Positions 19,557 through 29,293 of a stretch of DNA of 64,000 bases are shown piece by piece (within the stretch, counting starts at the first letter, position 1; each line of letters begins with the position of its first letter). Origin of the DNA: a virus. Its lineage: Duplodnaviria; Caudoviricetes. Made by a program: the position numbers and the translations under genes. Below the pieces are notes generated by a model. The model had not been told where the DNA came from, did no database searches, and saw only the letters and a program-made list of their open reading frames with translations. The DNA lies in the IMG/VR virus record IMGVR_UViG_3300032327_000792, one strand, 5' to 3'.

Positions 19557-20431
19557 GTGATTCCTCTCAGTTGTTTTTGTTTGCTTATGTATGCCTCTCT
19601 AGCATCGACATTGGCATTATCAACCGACAATTCAAACGGCTGTTTAAGATAAGCGTAACTGTGATCAATACTATGTTCCTTGGCAAATGCCTGTATATTG
19701 GGTAAGTCCGTGACATTCAATATACTAACTGTGGTCCATAAGTTCAACTTAATAGGCATTGTTTTATATGTCATTAAGTTATTGTAAAAAGTATCCCACT
19801 TGATAGGCCAACGCATGAATTCGTGTACTGGGCCAATGCCATCACAACTTACAGTCACAGTGACTTCTATTCCCTTATCGACAATATCTGTTAACTCATT
19901 GAGTACTACATTACAATTAGTGTTGAGCCTGAGAGTCCGCAAATTTGGTGGCAAGTTGGCCAATAATTGTTTGTAATTTTTACTGTAACTTGGCTCACCG
20001 CCGTTGATATCTAAATGTACAATACGGTCTTGCGGTAAATTCCAAAAGCGACTACTGTTGTTTACAATAGGAAAAGTTTTGCCGACAAGGGCCCCGATTC
20101 GTGTACTACATCCAGGATTACACGTTTGACAAGCAGCATTACATATGTTATCTAATACTCCGCCTACTTGTAAATAGTCTTTTTGTGTGGTTTGATTGTT
20201 CAATTGTGTGGCATATCCCCGTATGCTGTCGGGCTCAGTTTCCTGGCATCTTGCACATTCACTGGGCCATTGATCTGCTAGCATTGTTGCTTTGATTTTT
20301 GACAGCCATTCACTTGATTCCATCTGTTCCAGTGATTCAAATTGTGGTGGCGATACCATGTGCCCGCAACGACTCACTGTTCCGTTGGGATTAAATCTTA
20401 CAAAGTGATCAAGTCTTGGGCAATGCATCAA
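19553..20431 (-). CDS. radical SAM protein with an N-terminal twitch-like region
   Basis: HCPRL...RCGH...CARC, then CNAACQTC, INGGEPS, EFMRWP. Confidence 0.85.
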   Translation of the reverse strand: MMHCPRLDHFVRFNPNGTVSRCGHMVSPPQFESLEQMESSEWLSKIKATMLADQWPSECARCQETEPDSIRGYATQLNNQTTQKDYLQVGGVLDNICNAACQTCNPGCSTRIGALVGKTFPIVNNSSRFWNLPQDRIVHLDINGGEPSYSKNYKQLLANLPPNLRTLRLNTNCNVVLNELTDIVDKGIEVTVTVSCDGIGPVHEFMRWPIKWDTFYNNLMTYKTMPIKLNLWTTVSILNVTDLPNIQAFAKEHSIDHSYAYLKQPFELSVDNANVDAREAYISKQKQLRGIT

Positions 20432-21080
20432 TGATATGTTGTGTTTTTTTAAAAATTAAATCATACAGATTTGGATGTTTGAGTTGTATGTCGGTTACCA
20501 ACTCATTGACTGTCACTGACTGACCTATTCGGTCAAGCAATAATTGGTCTAGATAAAAATATAAATCAAGTTTCTTCCAGTTAAAATCGTTGATACTTTC
20601 TAAAAATTTACTTGATGGAGGATCAACCTCTGCACGAAAATTCATGTTAGCTAACCCGTCGATATCACTGATTGAACATAACTTTAACTGAGTTTCTGGG
20701 TGTAGATATTTATTGAGATTTAACAACCAAAAGAATTGTGGGCAATAGTGCCGATTCAAAAACAAATAATTATTCACAAACCATAAAATGGTTTTGTGAT
20801 CTAGCTCAGGAAAATCTCTGTTGAGATGCTGTAGATAAGTGTTAACTCCGCTGATAAATCTTTCTTTTGGTGCCCGTAAAAAAACAGTTATGGGCTGACG
20901 TATTTTTGTAATACAATCATTGGTTAAAATTTCCCAGTCAGTTCGATAACCTTTTTGAATTTGTACAAAAAATGAACTACTACCGTTTTTCATTATAGGA
21001 AAAACGTATTGCTGTGAGGAACCCAAATAGATCACCTCACAGCGTTCTGGAAAGATAGTGTTATCTATCTCACTAAACAT
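20409..21080 (-). CDS. sulfotransferase-fold protein
   Basis: PIMKNGSSS (5'-PSB-like) and FLRAPKERFISG (3'-PB-like) PAPS-binding motifs. Confidence 0.55.
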   Translation of the reverse strand: MFSEIDNTIFPERCEVIYLGSSQQYVFPIMKNGSSSFFVQIQKGYRTDWEILTNDCITKIRQPITVFLRAPKERFISGVNTYLQHLNRDFPELDHKTILWFVNNYLFLNRHYCPQFFWLLNLNKYLHPETQLKLCSISDIDGLANMNFRAEVDPPSSKFLESINDFNWKKLDLYFYLDQLLLDRIGQSVTVNELVTDIQLKHPNLYDLIFKKTQHIIDALPKT

Positions 21081-21083
21081 TGA

Positions 21084-22070
21084 TTACTTCTGTTGACGTG
21101 CTCTAATCATTGCCAAAATATCTTCGGCTTTGTTGGCACCTGCTGCTGGCGCAGACACCGGAGCAGTCGCTGCCACTGGTTCGTCATCATCAAACGAACT
21201 TGTCACTGGTGCGGCTTTGGTCACTGGTGCTGGTGTGTCTTCGTCATGATGAACCACTGAGGCAGTGCCACCTGCGGGTGCTGTAACACCGGCTGGACGG
21301 AAGTACTGACCCCAACGCTCTGTGTCATATGGTTGACCATCCACTGATGCTTCGAACATTTCTTTCATGACCTTGAGCTCAACGTCTGAGGGCTTTTTAG
21401 GTAAGAATGTTGATAGATCAAACAAACCGTGTGCTTCAATGGCTGCTTGTTCTGCTTCAGTCAATGCTGACTCTTTGCGAGCCCACTTTGAAGTTGAATA
21501 GTCTGCGTAGCCACCTTTGGCTGTTTTTGTGATACGGAAGTCTAGACCACGCATTAAGTCTGTTGGTAGTTCTTCCAGTTCTGGATCCATCAATGCTGAC
21601 TTGATAGTGGCAAAAATTTGTGGACCAATGATGAATCTACGAATTGGATTCTCTGGCGTCTTGTCTTCGTTCATTGGGTTTTCACGTACAAAGCCTTGGA
21701 AAATGTATGAACGTTTTTTCCAATACTTACGACCCATTTCTTCTAGTGATTTGTCTTTGAACCAAGTGCGTACTTCTGCTAGGATTGGACAAGCTTCTTG
21801 CCACATTTCAACGCAGGGTACTTGTACCATGACTTGTTTGGAATCCATTTCGCCTTTGATTCCGTTGAATGGCAAACGAATCATTGCTCGTTCTGCCCAG
21901 AAAAATGTGTTCTTTGGATTTGCGTCTGGTAAGAAGCGTAGTGTTGCTGATGAACCTTCTTCCATATTCCAGTGTGCGTAAATTGAATTATCGCCGCCTG
22001 ATGATTGACCGCCTGGTTTATTTGTTTCTGTAGCTGCTAGTCTTGCTCTGATTTCTGCTAATGATGCCAT
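21084..22070 (-). CDS. gp32: gp32-like single-stranded DNA-binding protein
   Basis: LRFLPD, CPIL, G.DFRITK...GYADYSTS.W, and an acidic C-tail ending EDILAMIRARQ. Confidence 0.95.
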   Translation of the reverse strand: MASLAEIRARLAATETNKPGGQSSGGDNSIYAHWNMEEGSSATLRFLPDANPKNTFFWAERAMIRLPFNGIKGEMDSKQVMVQVPCVEMWQEACPILAEVRTWFKDKSLEEMGRKYWKKRSYIFQGFVRENPMNEDKTPENPIRRFIIGPQIFATIKSALMDPELEELPTDLMRGLDFRITKTAKGGYADYSTSKWARKESALTEAEQAAIEAHGLFDLSTFLPKKPSDVELKVMKEMFEASVDGQPYDTERWGQYFRPAGVTAPAGGTASVVHHDEDTPAPVTKAAPVTSSFDDDEPVAATAPVSAPAAGANKAEDILAMIRARQQK

Positions 22071-22169
22071 TTTAAGTTGCCTTTCTAAGTTGTATAAAAT
22101 GTATGCCTATCTATTGTATAGATCTTACGTTGCCTGTGACACAATGTAAAAAGCGTATATCACTGTAGT

Positions 22170-22198
22170 AGTATATACGCCTTTTTAGGTAGCGTCAA
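22170..22198 (-). promoter_or_regulatory. sigma70-type promoter TTGACG-17-TATACT for the gp32 operon
   Basis: -35 at 22198-22193, -10 at 22175-22170. Confidence 0.75.
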
Positions 22199-22233
22199 TA
22201 GATATTTATGACGCTGTTGTTCTAAATGCAGTT

Positions 22234-24303
22234 TTACTTTGCCAATATGCCGGCCAATGATTTCATTCTGGCCAACATTGGATCCACTGACTCACTGCTC
22301 ATATTGCTGGGCTTGGTCATCATAACACCGTCGGTGTCTAAATTTTCCATGTATCCACATTCTTTCAAACCGTGCATTGGACATTGTTCACCTTCGGCAG
22401 TCATGTTGCAACGGCCTTCTTCAAATGAGCTCAAATTGTCAGCTTCCATTGGCTCAGAGCCCTTCATTGCATCGGCACGATTGGCTTGTTGATAACTGGC
22501 CAACTGAGATGCTGGAATAACTTCTGAGCCAGCAATTCGTTGAGCAATGGCTTGTGCTTGTTGTTGGTCTATAGGACCGTATGGTGATTGTCCATCATCA
22601 AACACCACAAAATAACTGCCGCCCATGCCTTCATCAAATTGATTTTCAATTTCATTACCAACGGCACTGCCAACTGCACCAGCTGCTGCTTTTTCAAGTG
22701 CACCTGCGCCTGCGCCTACTACTGCTCTGCCCAACACTGCGCCCAATACCGGAAGAATTTCGGCTAACTGTTGTTCATTGACCTGTTCAGCCAAATTGTC
22801 ATAATCGCCGGCGGCCAACATTTGAGCCGCACGTTTTACATATGCACTGACATCACTGGAGCCAATCTCGTCCACATCACCGATCATTTCAGCAACGTCT
22901 CGAGCTGCTGCCATCACAGCGGCTGGACCATATTGTTCCAACAACTCCAAATGATGGTTCATGATACGACGTATGATTGCTCCTTCAACTGGCAATACTT
23001 GGTTGTCTTCACGAAGTTCATCTGCCGGATCTTCTGTTTCAGCCGGAGTGTCTGTATCAATGTTGAGTTGATTTAGAACTTCAGCAATGCTAGAATCATC
23101 GGATAACTCTACCAACCGATCGTAAACAATCTGACGAGCATCGGCATCGGCATCTTGGTCGGCCAGTGTTTCCAATTGATCAAACAACAGATCGTCGCCC
23201 ACTAGATCATATAGTTGTTCTGTGGCATTGGTAGCATCGGCGCCCACTGGAAACTCTTTTGATAGTAGTTCTACTAACTGAGCTTGTTTTTCAGGGGTGT
23301 CTGGTGTTGCCCATGTTCCTTCTACCAGGCGATTGGCCCAGGCTTCAAATATGTGTGCTTCTTTCATAGCTTGTCCTTGTTGTTGTATTCGAGCCAACAC
23401 CGGCAGTGCTTGCTCAATCCTTGTGTCGATTGTTTCTCGCACAAATAAATTCTTGATGCTTTCAATTACCACATCTTGTTCCGTGATCTCTGCTGGGTTC
23501 CATGATTCAAAATAGTTTGAGTACCCACGATGTGTACTCAACCCTTTGAGCATTTTGTTTAGATTTTCGTAGTAGGCATTGGTTTCTGAAATTAACTCTG
23601 CTGTGTTGCCTTCAAATATCTGACCTTGGTTGGCTCTGCGAAAACGACTCAATACATTGAGTTCTTCTACCACTGACACAATGTGTTGTCCACGTAGATC
23701 ATATGGTCGACCACCATTGCGCACATGTTCTACCATGGCACGTCCACCTGCTAACTTTGTAAATGGCAGTTTGAATCTTTCACCATCTGCAGTTTCAACA
23801 TACAAACTTTCAACATAGCGATAACGGGCATCGCCTTCGCCAATGGGTTTTTTGTGACGGATCATCAAACGCACTGCTTCAGGTCGATCGTTGTAGCTCA
23901 CTGTTCGTGTGCCACGCCATGATTCAAAAAGTCCTTCTTTGATTGCTGCTTGACCTTGCATTGAGTAACGCAATCTGTTCAAATTCTTCAGACCAAAACT
24001 CATTAAGTTTCTGGTGCTGAAATGCTTTAATTGCTCTAGGAAACTGAACCACTCTCGTTTGTCTGCACCTTCCATGCTTTTTCCCACATTGTCGCCAAAG
24101 TAAACTTCAAGGTTGTTGTCGTTGCCGATCATGATGACCACTGTGCCGTAGTCATTGCCAGATTGTGTGGTAAAATCAAAACTGAATACTTCAGTTTCTG
24201 CAGGATCAGCAGCTGGTTTTCCAGCCGAATCCAGCAGCTCAGGGTCAAAGTTTCTGCTGACCAGTAGATCAAATAGTTGTTTTGCGGATGTGTTTTGCGC
24301 CAT
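22234..24303 (-). CDS. large hypothetical virion (probably internal head) protein, 689 aa
   Basis: TAAATA 7 nt before ATG; acidic C-half with many hydrophobic-x-E sites; C-terminal Cys/His motif. Confidence 0.6.
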   Translation of the reverse strand: MAQNTSAKQLFDLLVSRNFDPELLDSAGKPAADPAETEVFSFDFTTQSGNDYGTVVIMIGNDNNLEVYFGDNVGKSMEGADKREWFSFLEQLKHFSTRNLMSFGLKNLNRLRYSMQGQAAIKEGLFESWRGTRTVSYNDRPEAVRLMIRHKKPIGEGDARYRYVESLYVETADGERFKLPFTKLAGGRAMVEHVRNGGRPYDLRGQHIVSVVEELNVLSRFRRANQGQIFEGNTAELISETNAYYENLNKMLKGLSTHRGYSNYFESWNPAEITEQDVVIESIKNLFVRETIDTRIEQALPVLARIQQQGQAMKEAHIFEAWANRLVEGTWATPDTPEKQAQLVELLSKEFPVGADATNATEQLYDLVGDDLLFDQLETLADQDADADARQIVYDRLVELSDDSSIAEVLNQLNIDTDTPAETEDPADELREDNQVLPVEGAIIRRIMNHHLELLEQYGPAAVMAAARDVAEMIGDVDEIGSSDVSAYVKRAAQMLAAGDYDNLAEQVNEQQLAEILPVLGAVLGRAVVGAGAGALEKAAAGAVGSAVGNEIENQFDEGMGGSYFVVFDDGQSPYGPIDQQQAQAIAQRIAGSEVIPASQLASYQQANRADAMKGSEPMEADNLSSFEEGRCNMTAEGEQCPMHGLKECGYMENLDTDGVMMTKPSNMSSESVDPMLARMKSLAGILAK

Positions 24304-24313
24304 AGTTTAGTAT

Positions 24314-25891
24314 TTAGTTAAAGGAAGCAATGAATGGAAGTGGTTCAACAATGACATCGCCATGATCTTTCATTTGACTGTCTAATTCTCCGTGATAGCT
24401 CTGTAGTTGTTGCATCATGCGTACTGCTAGAATAGTGGCCATGACCAAGTCGTCAGTTTCGCCTATTTTGGCAGCATAGCTGGTGCCATGTGCCACAAAT
24501 GTTTTTAGCTCACTAACCAAGGGCGCACTGTGTATTCGCATGCGTCCAGATTCTATCATGACTTTGAGTTTGTTGCAGGCCGAAAGTTTTGATTTGTTTG
24601 TGGTGTTGAATCCTTTGCGATATCTACGTCCACTGGCAGTGGTCACTGAGTTGTCGCTTAGGAAATAGCCCTTGATGTTTTCTTCACCGTATTCAGCAAT
24701 GGAGATTAGGGCAGCTTCTCCAATGGTGTTGTTTTCTATTGAAAAGTAAATTGAGTTAGTATCTTTCACAATATCATTGATGTATCTACAGATGTCTGCC
24801 AAGATACGTATCTGTTCCGGAATTGTGGTTCTGTTGTGTCGCCATTCACCAATCTGTGTTGTGGTGTTGGCTTCAAATATTTGTATGGCTGCCGGGTCGC
24901 CACCTGTGCCCAAACTTGGGTCCAAGGCTACGGTATAAATCTTACCAGGTTGGGGTTGCTGGTACCAACGCACTTGTCCTGTTCTAAACACAGGTTCTGT
25001 GCCTTTTAAATCCAACAGCTTGGTAGGAGCAATTAGCGTTTCATCGTTGATGATAAACTCACAGCCAATCTCTCTACGAAAACGATCTGAGCCTAACTGT
25101 GCTTCCATGTTCTTGCCCCAGTCCTCGTCACGATCTGGGTGTTCTTGCCAGTAGCTACGATAAGCACGGAATCCGTTGGTACCTACTTCTGTGGGGTTGC
25201 CGTATTCATCTTCTTGTTTGAGGGCCATTTTCCACATCAAAGCAAACTGATCTTCATCTGAGTTGGGTGTTGACGTAATAATTGCTTTACCACCAGTGGC
25301 CAAGGTGGGTGAAATTGAAGTCCAAAACTCTTTGGCAATGCCTGGTCGCACAAATGCAAATTCGTCAGCGTATAGCAGTGTAATTGACATACCACGACCA
25401 GTAGTTTCGGTTGTTGTTGCACTTACAATACGACTGCCGTTTTCAAAGTCTATTGACCCTTTGTTGTAACTTGTGACTCCGGCACGAATAAAGTCTGGGC
25501 ATAGCTCATAGGCAAAGCGTATACGTTGCATGATTTCTTGTGCACCTGTGAACTTGTGTGCTGCAATCAAAATGGTTGAGTCGGGAACAAACATGGCGTA
25601 CCACAGCAAATAACCTGCTGCCGATGTTGATTTGCCGGTTTGTCGGGGCATCATTGATATTGAGAAACGATAATTGTGATAGGTGTGAATCAGTCTCTGT
25701 TGATATTCATAGGGATGATACAACATTTTGCCACGTGTTGGATGCTGAATATAGAAGTAGTTGTCCAAAAAGTATGCCGGTCCGGTCACAGGGTCAGCAC
25801 ACAGCATAAACTCTCGTAGTTGGTCTTCGGTGAATACTTGTTTTTTGTGTGCTGGTTTTACCAGTACACCTTCTAGACTTCTTGAACTCAT
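24314..25891 (-). CDS. gp17: terminase large subunit
   Basis: PRQTGKST Walker A, LYADEFAF Walker B, ITSTPN, ALDPSLG, DDLVMA nuclease motif. Confidence 0.97.
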   Translation of the reverse strand: MSSRSLEGVLVKPAHKKQVFTEDQLREFMLCADPVTGPAYFLDNYFYIQHPTRGKMLYHPYEYQQRLIHTYHNYRFSISMMPRQTGKSTSAAGYLLWYAMFVPDSTILIAAHKFTGAQEIMQRIRFAYELCPDFIRAGVTSYNKGSIDFENGSRIVSATTTETTGRGMSITLLYADEFAFVRPGIAKEFWTSISPTLATGGKAIITSTPNSDEDQFALMWKMALKQEDEYGNPTEVGTNGFRAYRSYWQEHPDRDEDWGKNMEAQLGSDRFRREIGCEFIINDETLIAPTKLLDLKGTEPVFRTGQVRWYQQPQPGKIYTVALDPSLGTGGDPAAIQIFEANTTTQIGEWRHNRTTIPEQIRILADICRYINDIVKDTNSIYFSIENNTIGEAALISIAEYGEENIKGYFLSDNSVTTASGRRYRKGFNTTNKSKLSACNKLKVMIESGRMRIHSAPLVSELKTFVAHGTSYAAKIGETDDLVMATILAVRMMQQLQSYHGELDSQMKDHGDVIVEPLPFIASFN

Positions 25892-25914
25892 ATGTTAATT
25901 TATGAGCTTTTTGC

Positions 25915-26619
25915 TTACTTGAGATTAAAACGCATGCCAGTGGCCTGTTCAACTTCTGTTACTGTGGTTTGATATTTGGGTAAATCTGCTACAGGAAGTG
26001 CGGCATTAGGCATCAAATAGGCCATGGTCTGACCTGATGCTTTTTCGTGGATAACTTTGTAGAGTCGTGTGGGTATGCCTAGGCCGTTGCCGGTGACAGG
26101 ATGTCCTGGATCAAAGATACCACCTGAGATGATGTAAAAGTCTCCACCTTTGGATGCCCAATCACGTTCCCAAGTTTCCAACTGCTTCCAGATACCACGA
26201 TTGTTGTTGGCCACTTGTGCTACCATGTTTGATAAGAAGAAGCTTTCGCTCATGATCTGATCATTAGTAGTGTTGTTGCCAGCTGGAGCCATGTGTCCGC
26301 GGTCGTGTGTGCGACCTACAGTGGCATAGTCAGCCAGTGTGGCACGGCATTGTTCATGCACATCTGGATCTGGTCGGAAATTGTCTCGGCGTTTGGCAGG
26401 ACCCGTCATTGATTGCACTGTTAGGTGTTCAAATACAGCCACAGGTGCTTTTACTGAGCAACGATGTATCACAGCATAGTTTGTTCTACACAGTTCTTGA
26501 TCACCTGGTTGTGCTTGATAAGCTGGAGTACCGTGGCTGGTAAATTGTGGACATTGAGCATTGATTTGTGCCAGGGCCAGAGCAGGCAGGGACAATAGGA
26601 TCAATAGTAGTTTTTTCAT
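25915..26619 (-). CDS. sugar-non-specific DNA/RNA endonuclease (NucA/Serratia/EndoG type) with a signal peptide
   Basis: DRGHMAP, SNMVAQ, NRGIWKQLE, IPTRLYKV; N-terminus MKKLLLILLSLPALALA. Confidence 0.9.
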   Translation of the reverse strand: MKKLLLILLSLPALALAQINAQCPQFTSHGTPAYQAQPGDQELCRTNYAVIHRCSVKAPVAVFEHLTVQSMTGPAKRRDNFRPDPDVHEQCRATLADYATVGRTHDRGHMAPAGNNTTNDQIMSESFFLSNMVAQVANNNRGIWKQLETWERDWASKGGDFYIISGGIFDPGHPVTGNGLGIPTRLYKVIHEKASGQTMAYLMPNAALPVADLPKYQTTVTEVEQATGMRFNLK

Positions 26620-26630
26620 TTAGTTTTTTC

Positions 26631-29282
26631 CTATGCTGTTGAGAAGATCACAGAGCCAACCAATCTGGTAGTGGCTTTGAGCCTGCTGTGCGTCAATGGA
26701 TCCATTTTGGTGTCCGAAGAACCTTGCCAAAACATGGTCACGGTGTTTCCAGATCCAGGCACAGTGCCAGACACAACATTGGTAGGTGAGTTCATGCCAG
26801 TGTAAAATGATACCGTCAGCGATCCAGTGGTGGCCGCCGTGGTGGCGGATGTAAAGGGCAAGTTGCCCATGATCACATTGCCGTTTGGTGTGGATTGGCT
26901 GGCAATGGTGATGTCAAAAGTACAGAAGGCCATGCCGCCGATCTTTTGAAAATAAGTGTTGTTTATGGTCAAACTATAAGAGCCAGTTTCAGGAACCAGA
27001 GTGGGTGTCCAAGTGCCCGACGTGCTGGCAATGTTGCCCGAACTGATCCAGTTCAAGTTGCCAGCACCATCCGTGCTCAGCAGTTGTCCGGTGCTGCCGC
27101 CGTTGATTTTTACATTGGCATTAGAATTTAGGTTGCTGATGCCAACTATGGTTAGATTGCCACCTGTGATGTTGCCAGTGGCACTGATTAGTCCGCCAGT
27201 TAGAACATTGCCACCGGTGACGTTTCCTGTGGAACTAATCAAACCACCAGTGACAAGATTACCACCTGTGACGTTGCCAGTAGATACTACACGGCCGCCA
27301 GTGACAAGATTACCACCTGTGACATTGCCCGTGGTTACCACTTCGTTGTTGATGGTGGTGTTGGGGGTCTTAAAGTAACCGTCAGTTTGAATATTACCTG
27401 TGGCCACAATACGACCACCTGTTGCAATGTTTCCGCCGGTGATGTTGCCAGTGGCCTGTATGGTAGTGGTTGTTGATACAGCACCAAACTGCACAGTGGC
27501 ATTGGTGGCTACTGATTGGCCAATACTGAACGTTACATTGCCTGTTGCGGCACTGACTGCGACACCGGTACCAGCAATGGCTGCTATTACACCTGTGTTG
27601 GTCAAGGTGATTGAGTTGCCCAGTGCCACTGTTCCAGAACCAGTGAGTCCGATACCTTGACCTGTTGTTAATGTCCAAGCAGGATTGGCCAACTTGCTGT
27701 TGACAATACTGCCTGCACTTAGAGCATTGGTTACATCACCACTGGTCAGAGTGACAGCCCCTGTTCTGGTGTTGAAACTGGCCACGCCAATGGCTGCGGG
27801 TATCTGTTGCCAAACTGCACCACTGTAGATCACAAAGTCGCCAGCAGCAAAAGTGATAGGTCCTGCTCCAAAGTTCACAGTGCCAGCGGCACTGACTGAA
27901 TATTCGTCACCAGCTGAACCCACACCGTTGGTCAATGTAGGAGTATTGTTTGCGGCACTCCAGGAACCTTTGTATATCACAGCACCGGCTGGCAGTTGTG
28001 CAGCAGTAACTTTGCCCGATCCGTCCAAGGTGGCCACACCGTTGGCCGTGCCTCGTTGTGTTAGCGGAATGGCTGCTGTGGTTTGTAGTGTGGCGTCTTT
28101 GAACTTGATGCCCACCATGTCTATTTCCATGTAGCCGGTATTGGTTCCTGCACCCACTATGAGATTGGCTCCAGAATCGGCAGCCAACAAGCTGATGCCA
28201 GTGGTGGTCATCTGCATGTTGCCAATTTGTATTTTTTGTGTGCCGTTGATCAGCAAGGCACCATTGTCAACTGTGAGTTCAGCATTGGTGCCCAATGTCT
28301 GATCTTGCATGTATATGCTGTCAGGACCAATGTACAAACTGTTCCACTTGTTGGTGGCATTGCCCAGCTGATAAAGATTGTTTACTGTGGGTATGAGATT
28401 GCCACCAAGGTCAATGCCTTCAGGTTGGAATGTGGCTGTTATGACCTGTGTGTTGCTGCCATCAGGAGTGGTGTAGATCTGTACTTTACTGCCTTGAGCA
28501 GTGGGGGTTTGATTTTCGGTGGCCACAAAGTCAATCTTGGCAAATCCAAGAGAGGTGAACACCCCGGTGCTGAGATAAGGATTGGCACCCAGACGACTGA
28601 CCACTTGATTGGCCAAAACTGGAGTAGGTGCAGAAGCCAGGCCGTTGTAGCGGCGACCCACATACACAGAATAGTTGTTGATGCCATCGTTGTAAATTCT
28701 ACTGGCTTCGTTGTTCTGTCCAGTGACGTGTAGCATGCCACCCGGATTGCCTGGAGCAACACTTAGGCCACTGGCACTGCCTACAATTTCTACTGCACCA
28801 ACATTGATGTCAGGCGTAGGCACCAACATCTTGACTTGGCCATCATTGGCTATTTGAAATGTGGCAACATTGGCAACGTTGCTGTCGGCATAGACACTGA
28901 CTGGGCCAAATAGTTGAACTATACCAGAGCCAGGTTCATTGACACCAATGGCAAGATCGGTATTGGCCAATATACCAGTTATAGTTGAACTGGTCAGGGT
29001 AATGTTGCCAATCTGCACGGTAACATTGGCAGGATCTACTGTAAAGAATGAGGAGCCACCAAACACACCATTGCCAGCATTGTATTGCACAGTGTTGGCA
29101 ACACCTCCGGGTTGTCCGGCTCCACCACCTAGTGACACTGGAATACCACCCGGGGTATTACCGTTGCTGGAGTAAAATGCGTTGGTTACTGGGTCCCACC
29201 AAAGACGATCTTGTTGACCCACATAAGTGGCGGCGTTGGCGTTGTTATCGCGGCTGGTAAAAAGATTTTGAATGAAGCTCAT
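26631..29282 (-). CDS. tail fibre-like structural protein (883 aa)
   Basis: GN(I/V)TGGN repeats, GVATLDGSGKV...YKGSW module, C-terminal GTWTPTL...KIGG. Confidence 0.75.
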   Translation of the reverse strand: MSFIQNLFTSRDNNANAATYVGQQDRLWWDPVTNAFYSSNGNTPGGIPVSLGGGAGQPGGVANTVQYNAGNGVFGGSSFFTVDPANVTVQIGNITLTSSTITGILANTDLAIGVNEPGSGIVQLFGPVSVYADSNVANVATFQIANDGQVKMLVPTPDINVGAVEIVGSASGLSVAPGNPGGMLHVTGQNNEASRIYNDGINNYSVYVGRRYNGLASAPTPVLANQVVSRLGANPYLSTGVFTSLGFAKIDFVATENQTPTAQGSKVQIYTTPDGSNTQVITATFQPEGIDLGGNLIPTVNNLYQLGNATNKWNSLYIGPDSIYMQDQTLGTNAELTVDNGALLINGTQKIQIGNMQMTTTGISLLAADSGANLIVGAGTNTGYMEIDMVGIKFKDATLQTTAAIPLTQRGTANGVATLDGSGKVTAAQLPAGAVIYKGSWSAANNTPTLTNGVGSAGDEYSVSAAGTVNFGAGPITFAAGDFVIYSGAVWQQIPAAIGVASFNTRTGAVTLTSGDVTNALSAGSIVNSKLANPAWTLTTGQGIGLTGSGTVALGNSITLTNTGVIAAIAGTGVAVSAATGNVTFSIGQSVATNATVQFGAVSTTTTIQATGNITGGNIATGGRIVATGNIQTDGYFKTPNTTINNEVVTTGNVTGGNLVTGGRVVSTGNVTGGNLVTGGLISSTGNVTGGNVLTGGLISATGNITGGNLTIVGISNLNSNANVKINGGSTGQLLSTDGAGNLNWISSGNIASTSGTWTPTLVPETGSYSLTINNTYFQKIGGMAFCTFDITIASQSTPNGNVIMGNLPFTSATTAATTGSLTVSFYTGMNSPTNVVSGTVPGSGNTVTMFWQGSSDTKMDPLTHSRLKATTRLVGSVIFSTA

Positions 29283-29293
29283 ATCAGAGCCCC

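Noticed and set aside
13206-20431. 7-deazaguanine (QueE/QueC/QueD/FolE/DpdA) pathway, or a RiPP cluster
   Set aside because: No partner enzyme motifs were recognised, the radical SAM proteins are larger twitch-type enzymes, and no convincing precursor peptide is present
15874-25891. Introns or inteins in uvsX, gp32 or terminase
   Set aside because: ORFs are continuous and of ordinary length, with no splicing motifs
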